Positions 24,333 to 33,007 of a DNA stretch of 52,336 nt are shown piece after piece; position 1 is the stretch's first letter, and every line of letters begins with the position of its first letter. Source of the stretch: Candidatus Woesearchaeota archaeon (GTDB lineage: Archaea > Nanobdellota > Nanobdellia > Pacearchaeales > GW2011-AR1); assembly GCA_964518155.1 (NCBI GenBank), contig CAZFDH010000001.1, forward strand, positions 1 through 52,336, written 5' to 3'. The position numbers and the translations under genes are program-made. The notes under the pieces were generated by a model. The model did not search any database. It was not told the DNA's origin and saw only the letters and a list, made by a program, of their open reading frames with translations.

Positions 24333-24385
24333 TTCGATAAGAAAGCATGGAGCAAGAAATCTTTGATTTCGACCTCCGTGCCCAT
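24321..24385 (+). repeat. direct repeat of the tRNA-Trp 3' end (CCTCCGTGCCCAT at 24321-24333 and 24373-24385), period 52 nt
   Basis: Exact 13-nt duplication read directly from the sequence. The 39 nt between the copies (24334-24372) are homologous to the tRNA-His trailer. Confidence 0.85.
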
Positions 24386-24427
24386 AACACAATAATCTTA
24401 ATAAATCAAAATTTATTTCTGGAATAA

Positions 24428-24793
24428 ATGAATCTCAAAGAAGAATTAGAAGAACATTTTCTGGGATCTACAACAGTAAGAAGAGCTCATGAAATGAGGA
24501 ATTTTTTCTCCACATCATTGAGCGAAGAATATATTCCTCAAAGAATGATAAGGGGTTTTGTTCTCAAGGCAAGAAGTATCCCAAACCTAATGGCGTGTTC
24601 AGCAATTTATCTTCTAACTCGAGATTATAATTTTCTTGCTTGCTGTATGTTAGGAGTAGGAGAAATATATAGAGCCAGAGAATCAATTAAATTAGATGAT
24701 TATCTAGAAAGTTTAGAATCACATTTCAAATCAAGACCAAAAACTGAAACAGAAGAAGCTGATTGGGAAAACGGCGAACAAGATATTTTATAA
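24428..24793 (+). CDS. hypothetical protein
   Basis: 121-aa ORF. I recognise no family. Confidence 0.45.
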   Translation: MNLKEELEEHFLGSTTVRRAHEMRNFFSTSLSEEYIPQRMIRGFVLKARSIPNLMACSAIYLLTRDYNFLACCMLGVGEIYRARESIKLDDYLESLESHFKSRPKTETEEADWENGEQDIL

Positions 24794-24835
24794 ATGAAAT
24801 TATCTTAATAAAATAAATAAATTCTAGGAGGTAAA

Positions 24836-25222
24836 ATGAAAGGAAAAAATGAGTGGAGTTATCTTGCTATTCGAGTTTCAATAGGTTTGTTGTTTTTTAC
24901 AGCAGGCTTAGCTAAACTTATGAACCCTGCAGGAGTCACCGGTATGTTAACAAGTATCGGCTTCCCAGTACCCTCGATATTTGCTTGGATTTTAATCTTA
25001 TCTGAAATTTTATTCGGACTTTCAGTTTTGATTGGATTCAAAGTAAAATACACTGTATGGCCATTAGTAATAGTATTTGTAGTGGCAATTTCAACAGTGA
25101 CAGTTCCAGGTGCATTGAATTCAGGAAGTTGGAACAACACGATTTTGCATGTAGTAACGCTTGCAGGATTAGTACATATCGCCGCTAAAGGTCCGGGAAT
25201 CTGGGCAGTTAGCAAAAATTAA
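24836..25222 (+). CDS. DoxX-family membrane protein
   Basis: 128 aa with four TM helices. LAIRVSIGLLFFTAGLAKL is the DoxX N-terminal signature. AGGAGGT lies upstream. Confidence 0.75.
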   Translation: MKGKNEWSYLAIRVSIGLLFFTAGLAKLMNPAGVTGMLTSIGFPVPSIFAWILILSEILFGLSVLIGFKVKYTVWPLVIVFVVAISTVTVPGALNSGSWNNTILHVVTLAGLVHIAAKGPGIWAVSKN

Positions 25223-25254
25223 ATAGTTATTTTATTTTTCTTTTTTTCTTTAAA

Positions 25255-26286
25255 ATGAAAAGAGTCATAATTATCGGAGGGGGTTTCGCGGGAGCGGAAA
25301 TCGCAAAAAATCTCGAAGAAAAATTCGATGTGACATTAATTGATTCTAAGAATTATTTTGAATTCACACCGGGAGTGTTAAGAACTTTGATCGAACCTCC
25401 GCACCGGAGTAAAATCCAAGTTTTGCACAAAAACTATCTTAAAAAAACAAAAATAATGATGGATCGTGTAAAGAAGATCGAAAAAGACAAAGTCATCTGC
25501 AAAAAATCGCAAACCAGCTTTGATTATTTAGTAATTTGTTCAGGATCAAAATATTCTCCATTCAAAGAAAAGGAGATTATCTTGGCAAACCGTTCAAAAG
25601 AATTAATAAAATATCATGAAAAGTTAGAACATTCTAAAAAAATATTAATAATCGGCGGAGGACCAGTTGGCGTCGAATTAGCATCAGAAGTATGTACAAG
25701 ATATCCAGATAAAGAAATAACTTTAATTCATGCACATGAAAAATTAATGGAAAGAGTTTCTAAGAAAGCTTCAGACTATGCTCAAGATTTTCTAAAAGAA
25801 CATGATGTAAAGATACTATACAATGAAAGAGTTGAGAAATATGAGAATGGATATTATTTTACAAATAAGAAAAACAAAATTAAAGCAAACCTCGCATTTT
25901 CTTGCACAGGTATCACACCAAACTCAGAATTCCTAAAAGACTCAGAAATAATCATCGATAAAAAAGGATTTATAGTTGTTAATGAAAATCTTCAGACTTC
26001 GCTGCCGAATATTTTTGCTGCAGGAGATGTAACAAATATTAACGAAGAAAAAACCGCACAAAATGCAATAAGACAATCACATGTCGTAATTAAGAATATA
26101 AAGAATATGGAAAAGGAAAAAGAGATGGAAAAATACATTTCAAAAAAAACTCCTCTTGTAATAAGTCTTGGAAAAACGAACGGAATCTTTTATTTGGAGA
26201 AATTTGTCTTGACAGGATTTTTGCCAGGAGTCTTAAAATCTCTTATTGAGAAGAGAGAGATGTTAAAATATAAATCATTTTTCTAA
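25255..26286 (+). CDS. FAD-dependent pyridine nucleotide-disulfide oxidoreductase, NDH-2/AIF-like
   Basis: 343 aa with two Rossmann motifs, VIIIGGGFAGAE and ILIIGGGPVGVELA, and a C-terminal FAAGDV. Confidence 0.75.
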   Translation: MKRVIIIGGGFAGAEIAKNLEEKFDVTLIDSKNYFEFTPGVLRTLIEPPHRSKIQVLHKNYLKKTKIMMDRVKKIEKDKVICKKSQTSFDYLVICSGSKYSPFKEKEIILANRSKELIKYHEKLEHSKKILIIGGGPVGVELASEVCTRYPDKEITLIHAHEKLMERVSKKASDYAQDFLKEHDVKILYNERVEKYENGYYFTNKKNKIKANLAFSCTGITPNSEFLKDSEIIIDKKGFIVVNENLQTSLPNIFAAGDVTNINEEKTAQNAIRQSHVVIKNIKNMEKEKEMEKYISKKTPLVISLGKTNGIFYLEKFVLTGFLPGVLKSLIEKREMLKYKSFF

Positions 26287-26291
26287 AAAAA

Positions 26292-27680
26292 ATGGCAAAA
26301 AGTATAGAGAAAAAGAATGAAAAATCCCGTGAAGTCTCCATCAAGGAAGGCAGCGCAGCGTCGGTAATGTCCGGTGCGGGAGATAGCTATATAGTGCCAT
26401 ACGCATTAGCATTGAACGCTTCAAATTTCCAAGTTGGTTTCTTATCCAGTTTCGTAGGACTGTTCTCTGCATTTTCACAACTTGTCGGAGGAGAACTAGT
26501 TTACAAATTCAAAAAGAAAAACCTTGTAATGCTTGGAGTCTTCTTTCAAGTATTGGCGTGGATTTCAATTTCTATGCTAGGGTTTTTATATTGGAAAGGA
26601 ATAATTCAAAGTAAGGTTATAATTCTATTAATAATATTTTATTGCACCGCTTCAATTTCAGGTGCATTGGCAGGACCGGCATGGTTTTCATGGATGGGAG
26701 AAATCGTCCCCCAAAAAATTAGAGGATCATACTTCTCTAAACGAAATAAAATTGCAGGATTCGTCGCTGTTATCACGACATTACTAGCATCATTCTGGCT
26801 AGATTATATGGAAAGTCTCGGACTAATTGTCATAGCATTTTCTTCTCTTGCAATGATCGCTGCAGTTGGCCGGTTCATATCTTGGTTATATTTTGCAAAG
26901 ATGCATGAGGAGTATGAAAAACCAAAAAAAGATTCTTATTTTTCAATCTTAGAGTTTGTCAAAAAAGCACCATCAAATAACTACGGCCGATTCGCAATTT
27001 ACGTTGGACTAATTAATTTGATGACGAACGTCGCAGGCCCGTTCTTCACAGTTTATATGTTAAACGAGCTTCATCTAAGTTACATTTGGTACATTCTGAT
27101 TATTTTGTCAGCAACAATGTTTAACGCAATTATGATGCCGGTGTGGGGAAAATTCGGCGACGAATACGGAAACAGAAATCTGCTTAAGATTGGAGCAATA
27201 CTTGTTACAATTACACCTTTGCTTTGGTTATTGACTGACAATCCTTTAATGCTTATTTTAGTCGCACAATTATGCAGCGGAATCGGTTGGAGCGCATTTA
27301 ATCTTGCTTCATCTAACTTTATTTACGACGCTGTAACACCTCAAAGAAGAGCAATTTGTGTCGCTTATTACACAGTCTTTAATGGTCTTGGAATTTTCTT
27401 AGGTGCACTCCTTGGAGGATACATTGCCGATCATGTCGCTCCTTCGTTCATGAGTGTTTTCCTTTTGTTGTTCTTAATCTCAGGAATTGGAAGAGGAATC
27501 GTTTCATTAATTTTCATTCCGTTAATAAGAGAAGTAAGAGACATTCCAAAAAATAAAGGAAGAATATCTTTATTCCAATATGCATATTTGATAACACCCC
27601 GCCCGCTGTTCTCAATTGTCAGAGGAGTTAGAGTCGCCGTCGACGGTCTTTTCAACATAAATAAAAAAGGTAAAACCTAA
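26292..27680 (+). CDS. MFS-type transporter
   Basis: 462 aa with about 12 hydrophobic segments. The overall organisation is MFS-like and there is a GKFGDEYGNRN loop between helices. Confidence 0.7.
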   Translation: MAKSIEKKNEKSREVSIKEGSAASVMSGAGDSYIVPYALALNASNFQVGFLSSFVGLFSAFSQLVGGELVYKFKKKNLVMLGVFFQVLAWISISMLGFLYWKGIIQSKVIILLIIFYCTASISGALAGPAWFSWMGEIVPQKIRGSYFSKRNKIAGFVAVITTLLASFWLDYMESLGLIVIAFSSLAMIAAVGRFISWLYFAKMHEEYEKPKKDSYFSILEFVKKAPSNNYGRFAIYVGLINLMTNVAGPFFTVYMLNELHLSYIWYILIILSATMFNAIMMPVWGKFGDEYGNRNLLKIGAILVTITPLLWLLTDNPLMLILVAQLCSGIGWSAFNLASSNFIYDAVTPQRRAICVAYYTVFNGLGIFLGALLGGYIADHVAPSFMSVFLLLFLISGIGRGIVSLIFIPLIREVRDIPKNKGRISLFQYAYLITPRPLFSIVRGVRVAVDGLFNINKKGKT

Positions 27681-27700
27681 AATAATTAAGAAATAAGCAA

Positions 27701-28123
27701 TTAATCTTCCTTCTTTGTCAGTCCTTCAGGAACCCTATATTCATACCAAGAAACTTTTCCTTTCTTAACGAGATCTTTTATTTGTTGTTGAACCGGCGAA
27801 AGTTTTGAGTTGCCTGATTTAACTTCGACAAACGCAATCTCCTGAATGTTTTTTTCATCCATTCCTTCAAAAACTATAAAATCAATTGGTTTTCCTATAA
27901 ACCTCGCTTCCGACGGATTAAACGGAAAATCTGGCATAAACGGTGCAAGTTGTTCTGAAAATTGTCCGGCCAAAACCGCCCGCGATTTAGAAACCGCGTC
28001 CTTTCTCAGCGACGGAACTTGAGTTTTCCAATAATAAGTAGTTTTAATTTTCGCAATATAATAACCAATTACAAAAGATAAAATAATCAATAGCGCTAAA
28101 ATAAACTCAATTGGAATAACCAT
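27701..28123 (-). CDS. membrane-anchored endonuclease related to the archaeal Holliday junction resolvase (PF10107/COG4741-like)
   Basis: 140 aa with an N-terminal TM helix. SKSRAVLAGQFSEQLAPFMPDFPFNPSEARFIGKPIDFIVFEG...IAFVEVKSGNSKLSPVQ matches this family's conserved core. Confidence 0.65.
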   Translation of the reverse strand: MVIPIEFILALLIILSFVIGYYIAKIKTTYYWKTQVPSLRKDAVSKSRAVLAGQFSEQLAPFMPDFPFNPSEARFIGKPIDFIVFEGMDEKNIQEIAFVEVKSGNSKLSPVQQQIKDLVKKGKVSWYEYRVPEGLTKKED

Positions 28124-28125
28124 TA

Positions 28126-28650
28126 TTACGCTCTCACTTTAATTGCTTTAGGAAAATCGTAATCTTTGTGCTTCAAAATCCACTGAGAAACTTTTTCCCC
28201 AGAAGAAAGAAAAGTAGTTTCATCCCAGACCTTACCAAACTTCTTACCTAATGAGTAAGCAGCATGGCGGCAAAGCAAAAAATATTCTTTGTCGGGAAGT
28301 CTTTTTTTCTTGTCTAATTCAAAAAATTTGTCGATAAAAACCAGACATTTCCCAAGTTTTTCTTTAGTTTCAAAATCATACGCAATAGCTTCTTCAAGAT
28401 CATATTCTGTTTCTCTCAAAAAAAGTTCTTCGAGTTCTTTTTCTGTCACGCTAAACATCACACCATTAAAAAAAGACTTTTTGTCGACGGATAAATTCAA
28501 TACATCTTTTCCGTTTGAATCTTTATCTCTTAAATTAAAAACTCTTCTATAACCTTTTACAATTACCGTCTTAAAATGTTTGTTGGAAATTGTTTCCATT
28601 AAAGAATGCCTGTCCTCTAAACTCCCGTACCCAATAACATGATAATTCAT
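28126..28650 (-). CDS. gamma-glutamylcyclotransferase-fold protein (ChaC/AIG2-like)
   Basis: 174 aa. VIGYGSL near the N-terminus and a later LRETEYD resemble the ChaC-type YGSL ... RE..Y pattern. The match is by eye only. Confidence 0.5.
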   Translation of the reverse strand: MNYHVIGYGSLEDRHSLMETISNKHFKTVIVKGYRRVFNLRDKDSNGKDVLNLSVDKKSFFNGVMFSVTEKELEELFLRETEYDLEEAIAYDFETKEKLGKCLVFIDKFFELDKKKRLPDKEYFLLCRHAAYSLGKKFGKVWDETTFLSSGEKVSQWILKHKDYDFPKAIKVRA

Positions 28651-28724
28651 TATAGTTGTTAGAAAAGATAATTAATAAATTCTGCGGTCAAAAACTTAAT
28701 AAACTAAATTTATCTAAACATTAA

Positions 28725-29171
28725 ATGAATAAAAAAAGAGCAGGATTATTTTTATTAATCTTAGGAGGGATAGTTGTCATCGCTTCTAACTCACCTTCAA
28801 TAACTGGAAATGTGATATCCGAGAAATCAACAAACTTGACTTCATTCGTTGGAGTCCTGTTCATCATTTCAGGTTTAATTCTTTCTTTAGCCCCTAGTCT
28901 AGAGAGAACTTTATCTTCTTCGCAAAGAGAAGAGATAAAATCTGCATTTAGAGGATGGGATGGAAGAAGATTAAACGGCTCACAAAAGAAGTTATTAAAA
29001 AAATATGGATTAGAGCATGAAATGAACGGTAGAGATCATAACAAGTTTTATTTTCCTAATAGTAGCTCTAGTGCAACTTTCTCTCACACTACAAGCGATT
29101 ACAGAGCAGGATTAAATTTTGCACTAAAACAATTAATTCCCTACATTGAAGAAAATTATAACAGACAATAA
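28725..29171 (+). CDS. hypothetical two-TM protein with an ITGNVI motif and a C-terminal soluble domain
   Basis: 148 aa. The N-terminal 55 aa and about 30 nt of upstream DNA are homologous to the 34284-34490 gene. Confidence 0.5.
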   Translation: MNKKRAGLFLLILGGIVVIASNSPSITGNVISEKSTNLTSFVGVLFIISGLILSLAPSLERTLSSSQREEIKSAFRGWDGRRLNGSQKKLLKKYGLEHEMNGRDHNKFYFPNSSSSATFSHTTSDYRAGLNFALKQLIPYIEENYNRQ

Positions 29172-29239
29172 ACTGCACAAAATCTCAATTTATTTCAGTA
29201 GTCAGATAATTTTATAAGCAAAATTCTCCTGTTATCGTC

Positions 29240-30190
29240 ATGGAACAATATGACTTTCTAATAATTGGCGGTGGAGGAACAGGTTTAGCGGCAGCGATGT
29301 ATGGAGCTCGGCTCGGACTAAAAACGCTGATTCTAGGGTATACTCACGGCTCAGAATTGCCTGTGGGAGGAGTTATTACGACAACAAATCTCGTCGAGAA
29401 CTACCCAGGTTTTGTAAGATTAACTGGGCAAGAGTTAGCAAAAAAACTTGAAGATCACGCTCGTTCATACGATTTAGTCAAAATAAAAAATGAAAAAGCA
29501 GAATCAATAAAGAAAAATCAGTTGGGATTTATAGTTAAAACAAAAAAATCTGAGTATCAATCACGAACAATTTTATTTGCAACCGGAACAAAATGGAGAA
29601 AGCTAGAAGTTCCAGGCGCAGAAGAATTTGAAAACCGCGGAGTAAATTATTGTGCTTTATGTGACGCCCCACTTTTCAAAGACAAAGTTGTCGCCATCGT
29701 CGGAGGATCGGACTCCGCTGCAAAAGATGCTCTGGTCTTGGCAGAACATGCTTCAAAAGTTTACATAATTTATCGTGGAGAAAAAATCCATCCAGAGCCA
29801 ATCAACTTAAAACGAATTGAATCAAATAAGAAAATAGAAATAATAAACAACACAAATGTAAAAGAAGTTAGAGGTGAAAAATCAGTTAACAAAGTTATTT
29901 TGGACAAGTCTTTCAAAGGTTCAAAAGAATTAAAGCTCGACGGCCTTTTCGTTGCAATCGGTCACATCGTTCTTTCAGACTTAGCAAAAGAGCTCGGTGT
30001 TAAAACTAACAATAAAGGTGAAATAATAATTGATCATAAAACTTCGGAAACAAATCTGCCTGGAGTTTTCGCCGCAGGCGACGTGACAGACAAACAATTC
30101 AAACAGTTAATAACCGGAGTTGCCGACGGCTGTACTGCCGCATATTCTGCTTACGAATACATTACTAAAGAAAGAGTTGAAACTGCTTAG
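29240..30190 (+). CDS. trxB: thioredoxin reductase-type flavoprotein
   Basis: 316 aa. The motifs are FLIIGGGGTGLAAAMY, the redox CxxC NYCALCDAPLF, the NADPH site IVGGSDSAAKDA and FAAGDV. Confidence 0.85.
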   Translation: MEQYDFLIIGGGGTGLAAAMYGARLGLKTLILGYTHGSELPVGGVITTTNLVENYPGFVRLTGQELAKKLEDHARSYDLVKIKNEKAESIKKNQLGFIVKTKKSEYQSRTILFATGTKWRKLEVPGAEEFENRGVNYCALCDAPLFKDKVVAIVGGSDSAAKDALVLAEHASKVYIIYRGEKIHPEPINLKRIESNKKIEIINNTNVKEVRGEKSVNKVILDKSFKGSKELKLDGLFVAIGHIVLSDLAKELGVKTNNKGEIIIDHKTSETNLPGVFAAGDVTDKQFKQLITGVADGCTAAYSAYEYITKERVETA

Positions 30191-30226
30191 CAAAAAATCT
30201 TTAAACTAACTTTTTAATCTAATTTT

Positions 30227-30487
30227 ATGGGAAAGTTAATTGACAAAAACGACAGAAGTTTTGTTGTCGAAGACGGAAGTTCAATCAGAGATGTTTGTGA
30301 AAATGAGCTCTCAATTCCATTCGGATGTCAGTCTGGAATTTGTGGAACATGCATGATCGACGTTTTAGAGGGAGAAGAAAACTTATCAGAGTTAACTGAA
30401 CAAGAAATCGATCTGGCACGGGATGAAAAACACCGCCTAGCATGTCAGTGCAAATTAAAGCACGGCGAAGTCAAAATCGATTGGTAA
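30227..30487 (+). CDS. [2Fe-2S] ferredoxin (plant/adrenodoxin-like Cys pattern)
   Basis: 86 aa with GCQSGICGTCMIDV ... LACQC, the Cx4Cx2C...C pattern. Confidence 0.8.
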   Translation: MGKLIDKNDRSFVVEDGSSIRDVCENELSIPFGCQSGICGTCMIDVLEGEENLSELTEQEIDLARDEKHRLACQCKLKHGEVKIDW

Positions 30488-30499
30488 GGTTTAAATAAG
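30488..30499 (+). promoter_or_regulatory. TATA-like box upstream of dph2
   Basis: GGTTTAAATAAG, about 25 nt upstream of the ATG at 30520. Confidence 0.45.
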
Positions 30500-30519
30500 A
30501 AATTTTAACTTATTCTAAC

Positions 30520-31506
30520 ATGGTACTCAACTTCGAAAAAGAAGATTTAATTAAAGAATTAAAGAAGAAAAAACCAAAGAAAGTTTTGGTTCAGTTAGCC
30601 GAAGGTATAAAACAAAATTCGCACGAACTTGCAAAAATATTTGAAGATTTAGGAATTGAAGTAATTTTTTCAGGAGAAACGTGCTGGGGAGCATGTTCCG
30701 TCGCTGTTCAGGAAGCCCAGGCGCTCGGGGTTGACTTAATAGTTCATTTTGGCCACGCCCAGTTCATCCCCGTAAAATTCCCTGTTCTTTATGTTGAAGT
30801 AAGAGACGAACTAAAATTAGATCCGATTTTGGAGAAATCTTTACCCGTATTAAAGAAATACAAAACAATTGGATTATCATATTCGATTCAGCACCGTCAT
30901 GATTTAGAAAAAATAAAAAAATTCTATGAAAATGCCGGAAAGAAAGTAATTTTATCTAAAAAGTTAGGAACTTCCGCTTACGAGGGCCACATAGTAGGTT
31001 GCGAATACACGGGCCTGAAAGCAATTCAAAAAGATGTTGAAGCGTTTGTAATCTTCGGAAATCAATTCCATTCAATGGGCGCAGCAATTGCCGTCGAAAA
31101 ACCCGTTGTATTAATTGATGTTTATAATTATGACGTGAGAGAAATGCAGGGAGTAAGAGAAAAAATCTTAAAACAAAGAGCAATCTCAATTCAAAAATTA
31201 AAAGATGCAAAAAACGTCGGAATCATTATTGAAATAAAACCAGGGCAAAAATTTGGCTCTCCAAAGTATTTAATTGATAAATTAAAAGAAAAAGGAAAAA
31301 ATCCGATAATAATAACAATGAACGAAATGACGCCGGATAAAATAATGAATTTCTATAACATTGAATGTTTCATTGAATTAGCGTGCCCCAGAATCGCAGT
31401 AGATGATTTTGCAAAATACCAACGAACAATCGTGACTTTCAAAGAAGCTCTCGTCGCCCTCGGAGAAAAATCTTGGGACGATATTTTAGCAACAGGATTT
31501 GTTTAA
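30520..31506 (+). CDS. dph2: 2-(3-amino-3-carboxypropyl)histidine synthase Dph2 (diphthamide biosynthesis)
   Basis: 328 aa, the typical size of archaeal Dph2. VLVQLAEGIK..., SGETCWGACSV, IVGCEYTG and the C-terminal ELACPRIA carry the conserved cluster-ligand cysteines. Confidence 0.85.
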   Translation: MVLNFEKEDLIKELKKKKPKKVLVQLAEGIKQNSHELAKIFEDLGIEVIFSGETCWGACSVAVQEAQALGVDLIVHFGHAQFIPVKFPVLYVEVRDELKLDPILEKSLPVLKKYKTIGLSYSIQHRHDLEKIKKFYENAGKKVILSKKLGTSAYEGHIVGCEYTGLKAIQKDVEAFVIFGNQFHSMGAAIAVEKPVVLIDVYNYDVREMQGVREKILKQRAISIQKLKDAKNVGIIIEIKPGQKFGSPKYLIDKLKEKGKNPIIITMNEMTPDKIMNFYNIECFIELACPRIAVDDFAKYQRTIVTFKEALVALGEKSWDDILATGFV

Positions 31507-31571
31507 GTAGAATTATTGAATTAGTAGAAAATAATATAAGTAATTTTAAACTAGCACAGTAAATTAGTTCC

Positions 31572-31967
31572 ATGTTATACACTAAATCTATATTTAAAAA
31601 TAAATTGCTTGAAGATGGAGTAAGAATCTCAGTTATGAGCAGACATACCTTAAACGACGGAATTACTCCTGATCCAAGAATAACAAAAGATTCTTTTGAC
31701 GAACATTTAACCCTTGTTGCTCCTCCTGCAAAACTTATCGGAGATTATTACAAAAGAGGACTCACGTGGGAAGATTATACTGGGAGATATCTAGAACATT
31801 TAAGAAAACCAGAAATTGCTCAAACAGTAGAACAAATATCTAGAAGAGCAATGCAGCAAGATATTACTCTCTTATGTGTCGAAGATTCTGCCGAATATTG
31901 TCATAGAAGAATTTTAGCGGAAGAATGTCAGAAATATAATCCTTCCTTAATTGTTATTCATAAATAA
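31572..31967 (+). CDS. DUF488-family protein
   Basis: 131 aa. VAPPAKLIGDYYKRGLTWEDYTGRYLEHL and LLCVEDSAEYCHRRILAEE are the DUF488 signatures. Confidence 0.7.
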   Translation: MLYTKSIFKNKLLEDGVRISVMSRHTLNDGITPDPRITKDSFDEHLTLVAPPAKLIGDYYKRGLTWEDYTGRYLEHLRKPEIAQTVEQISRRAMQQDITLLCVEDSAEYCHRRILAEECQKYNPSLIVIHK

Positions 31968-31977
31968 TAAAGTGGCT

Positions 31978-32814
31978 TTATTCCCCTCGTCTTAATCTCA
32001 TCAACTCTTGTTCATCTTCCATTAACTTTCTTTTTGCTTCTTCAATTCTTTGACCGTTACTTCCTCTAAGCCTTGCAACTTCTGCTTGTGCTTGCCTCAA
32101 TCTTTCTTCAGCCTCTGAAAGTTCACTGCTTTGTTTAACTCTTTCCAGAGCTTGCTCTTGCCTGAAGTCAGAATATTTTCTAACTACAATGTCTTTTTGT
32201 TTCGACTCTTCAGGATAAACTACTTTACTCTTTTTTCTAAAAACGAAAAGCCAAAGCCCAATGAAAACTAAAACCCCAATCCCAAGAGCATAGTAAATTA
32301 TTTCCTTCGCAGAAAAATCTGTACCAAGAATAGCTAAACCGGTAAACCCGCTTGATTCTTGTTCAACTATAACTTCAGAGGGTTCTACTTCTTCAACTGT
32401 TGCATTTTCTTCATCAACAGGATCTGCTAAAATATTTGTATCTGGCTTTTCAAAAACAGGTGCAGAAATATTTTCTAAAACTTCTCCATCTGGCACAACC
32501 TCAAGATAAATTGGTTCTCCGGCCTCAAATTCATCATCGTATTTTTCATAAACCACAGTTTTATCTGATTTCTTTACATAAACAATTAAATCAAAAGTTT
32601 CTTCTTCGGAAGAAAAAACAAAATTCGACAATCCATAATAATCTGAATAATTCTCAAAATGATCAAATGCAGAAATTCCTTCCTTATCCGGATCAAAAGG
32701 AGTAACCTGAACTTCATGCCAAGGCAAAGTCCTAATAGTAATATTGGTCTCGATTGCAGAAACAAAACTAATGCAAACCAGCAACGCTAGAAATACACCA
32801 TACCTCTTTTTCAT
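31978..32814 (-). CDS. hypothetical single-pass membrane protein with an extracellular N-domain and a cytoplasmic coiled coil
   Basis: 278 aa with a signal peptide, a central TM helix (IIYYALGIGVLVFIGLWLFVF) and a C-terminal Glu/Arg/Gln-rich helix. Confidence 0.5.
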   Translation of the reverse strand: MKKRYGVFLALLVCISFVSAIETNITIRTLPWHEVQVTPFDPDKEGISAFDHFENYSDYYGLSNFVFSSEEETFDLIVYVKKSDKTVVYEKYDDEFEAGEPIYLEVVPDGEVLENISAPVFEKPDTNILADPVDEENATVEEVEPSEVIVEQESSGFTGLAILGTDFSAKEIIYYALGIGVLVFIGLWLFVFRKKSKVVYPEESKQKDIVVRKYSDFRQEQALERVKQSSELSEAEERLRQAQAEVARLRGSNGQRIEEAKRKLMEDEQELMRLRRGE

Positions 32815-32923
32815 TCAAAATAAAAATGAATTCTATTTATAAATTTTATTATAAAAAAGATTTGGGGTGAAAAATTATTTTGAATAGAAGTATTTAAAAA
32901 CACAATATATCTATCAAGATAAA

Positions 32924-33007
32924 ATGAGGTTGAAAATGAAAGAGGAGGAAGACTTCTTTGAAGACGAGGACGATCTAGACGATTACCTTGAAGAGCTCGA
33001 CGATTAA
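32924..33007 (+). CDS. possible 27-aa hyper-acidic micropeptide
   Basis: My own translation is MRLKMKEEEDFFEDEDDLDDYLEELDD. A TATA-like GTATTTAAAAAC lies at 32890-32901, with 22 nt between the box and the ATG. It overlaps the stop of the convergent metzincin gene. Confidence 0.25.
   Translation: MRLKMKEEEDFFEDEDDLDDYLEELDD

Noticed and set aside
24343-24353. Pairing between the trailer element TGGAGC and the tRNA-Trp anticodon loop GCUCCA (a codon-like Trp TGG in the trailer)
   Set aside because: The homologous position in the tRNA-His trailer reads TGGGAC, which is not complementary to the His anticodon loop. The motif is therefore conserved for another reason, and the Trp complementarity is probably coincidental.
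24859-25215. 118-aa reverse-strand ORF
   Set aside because: It lies entirely antisense to the DoxX-family gene, which has a clear family signature and an upstream SD-like sequence. The antisense ORF is a shadow frame.
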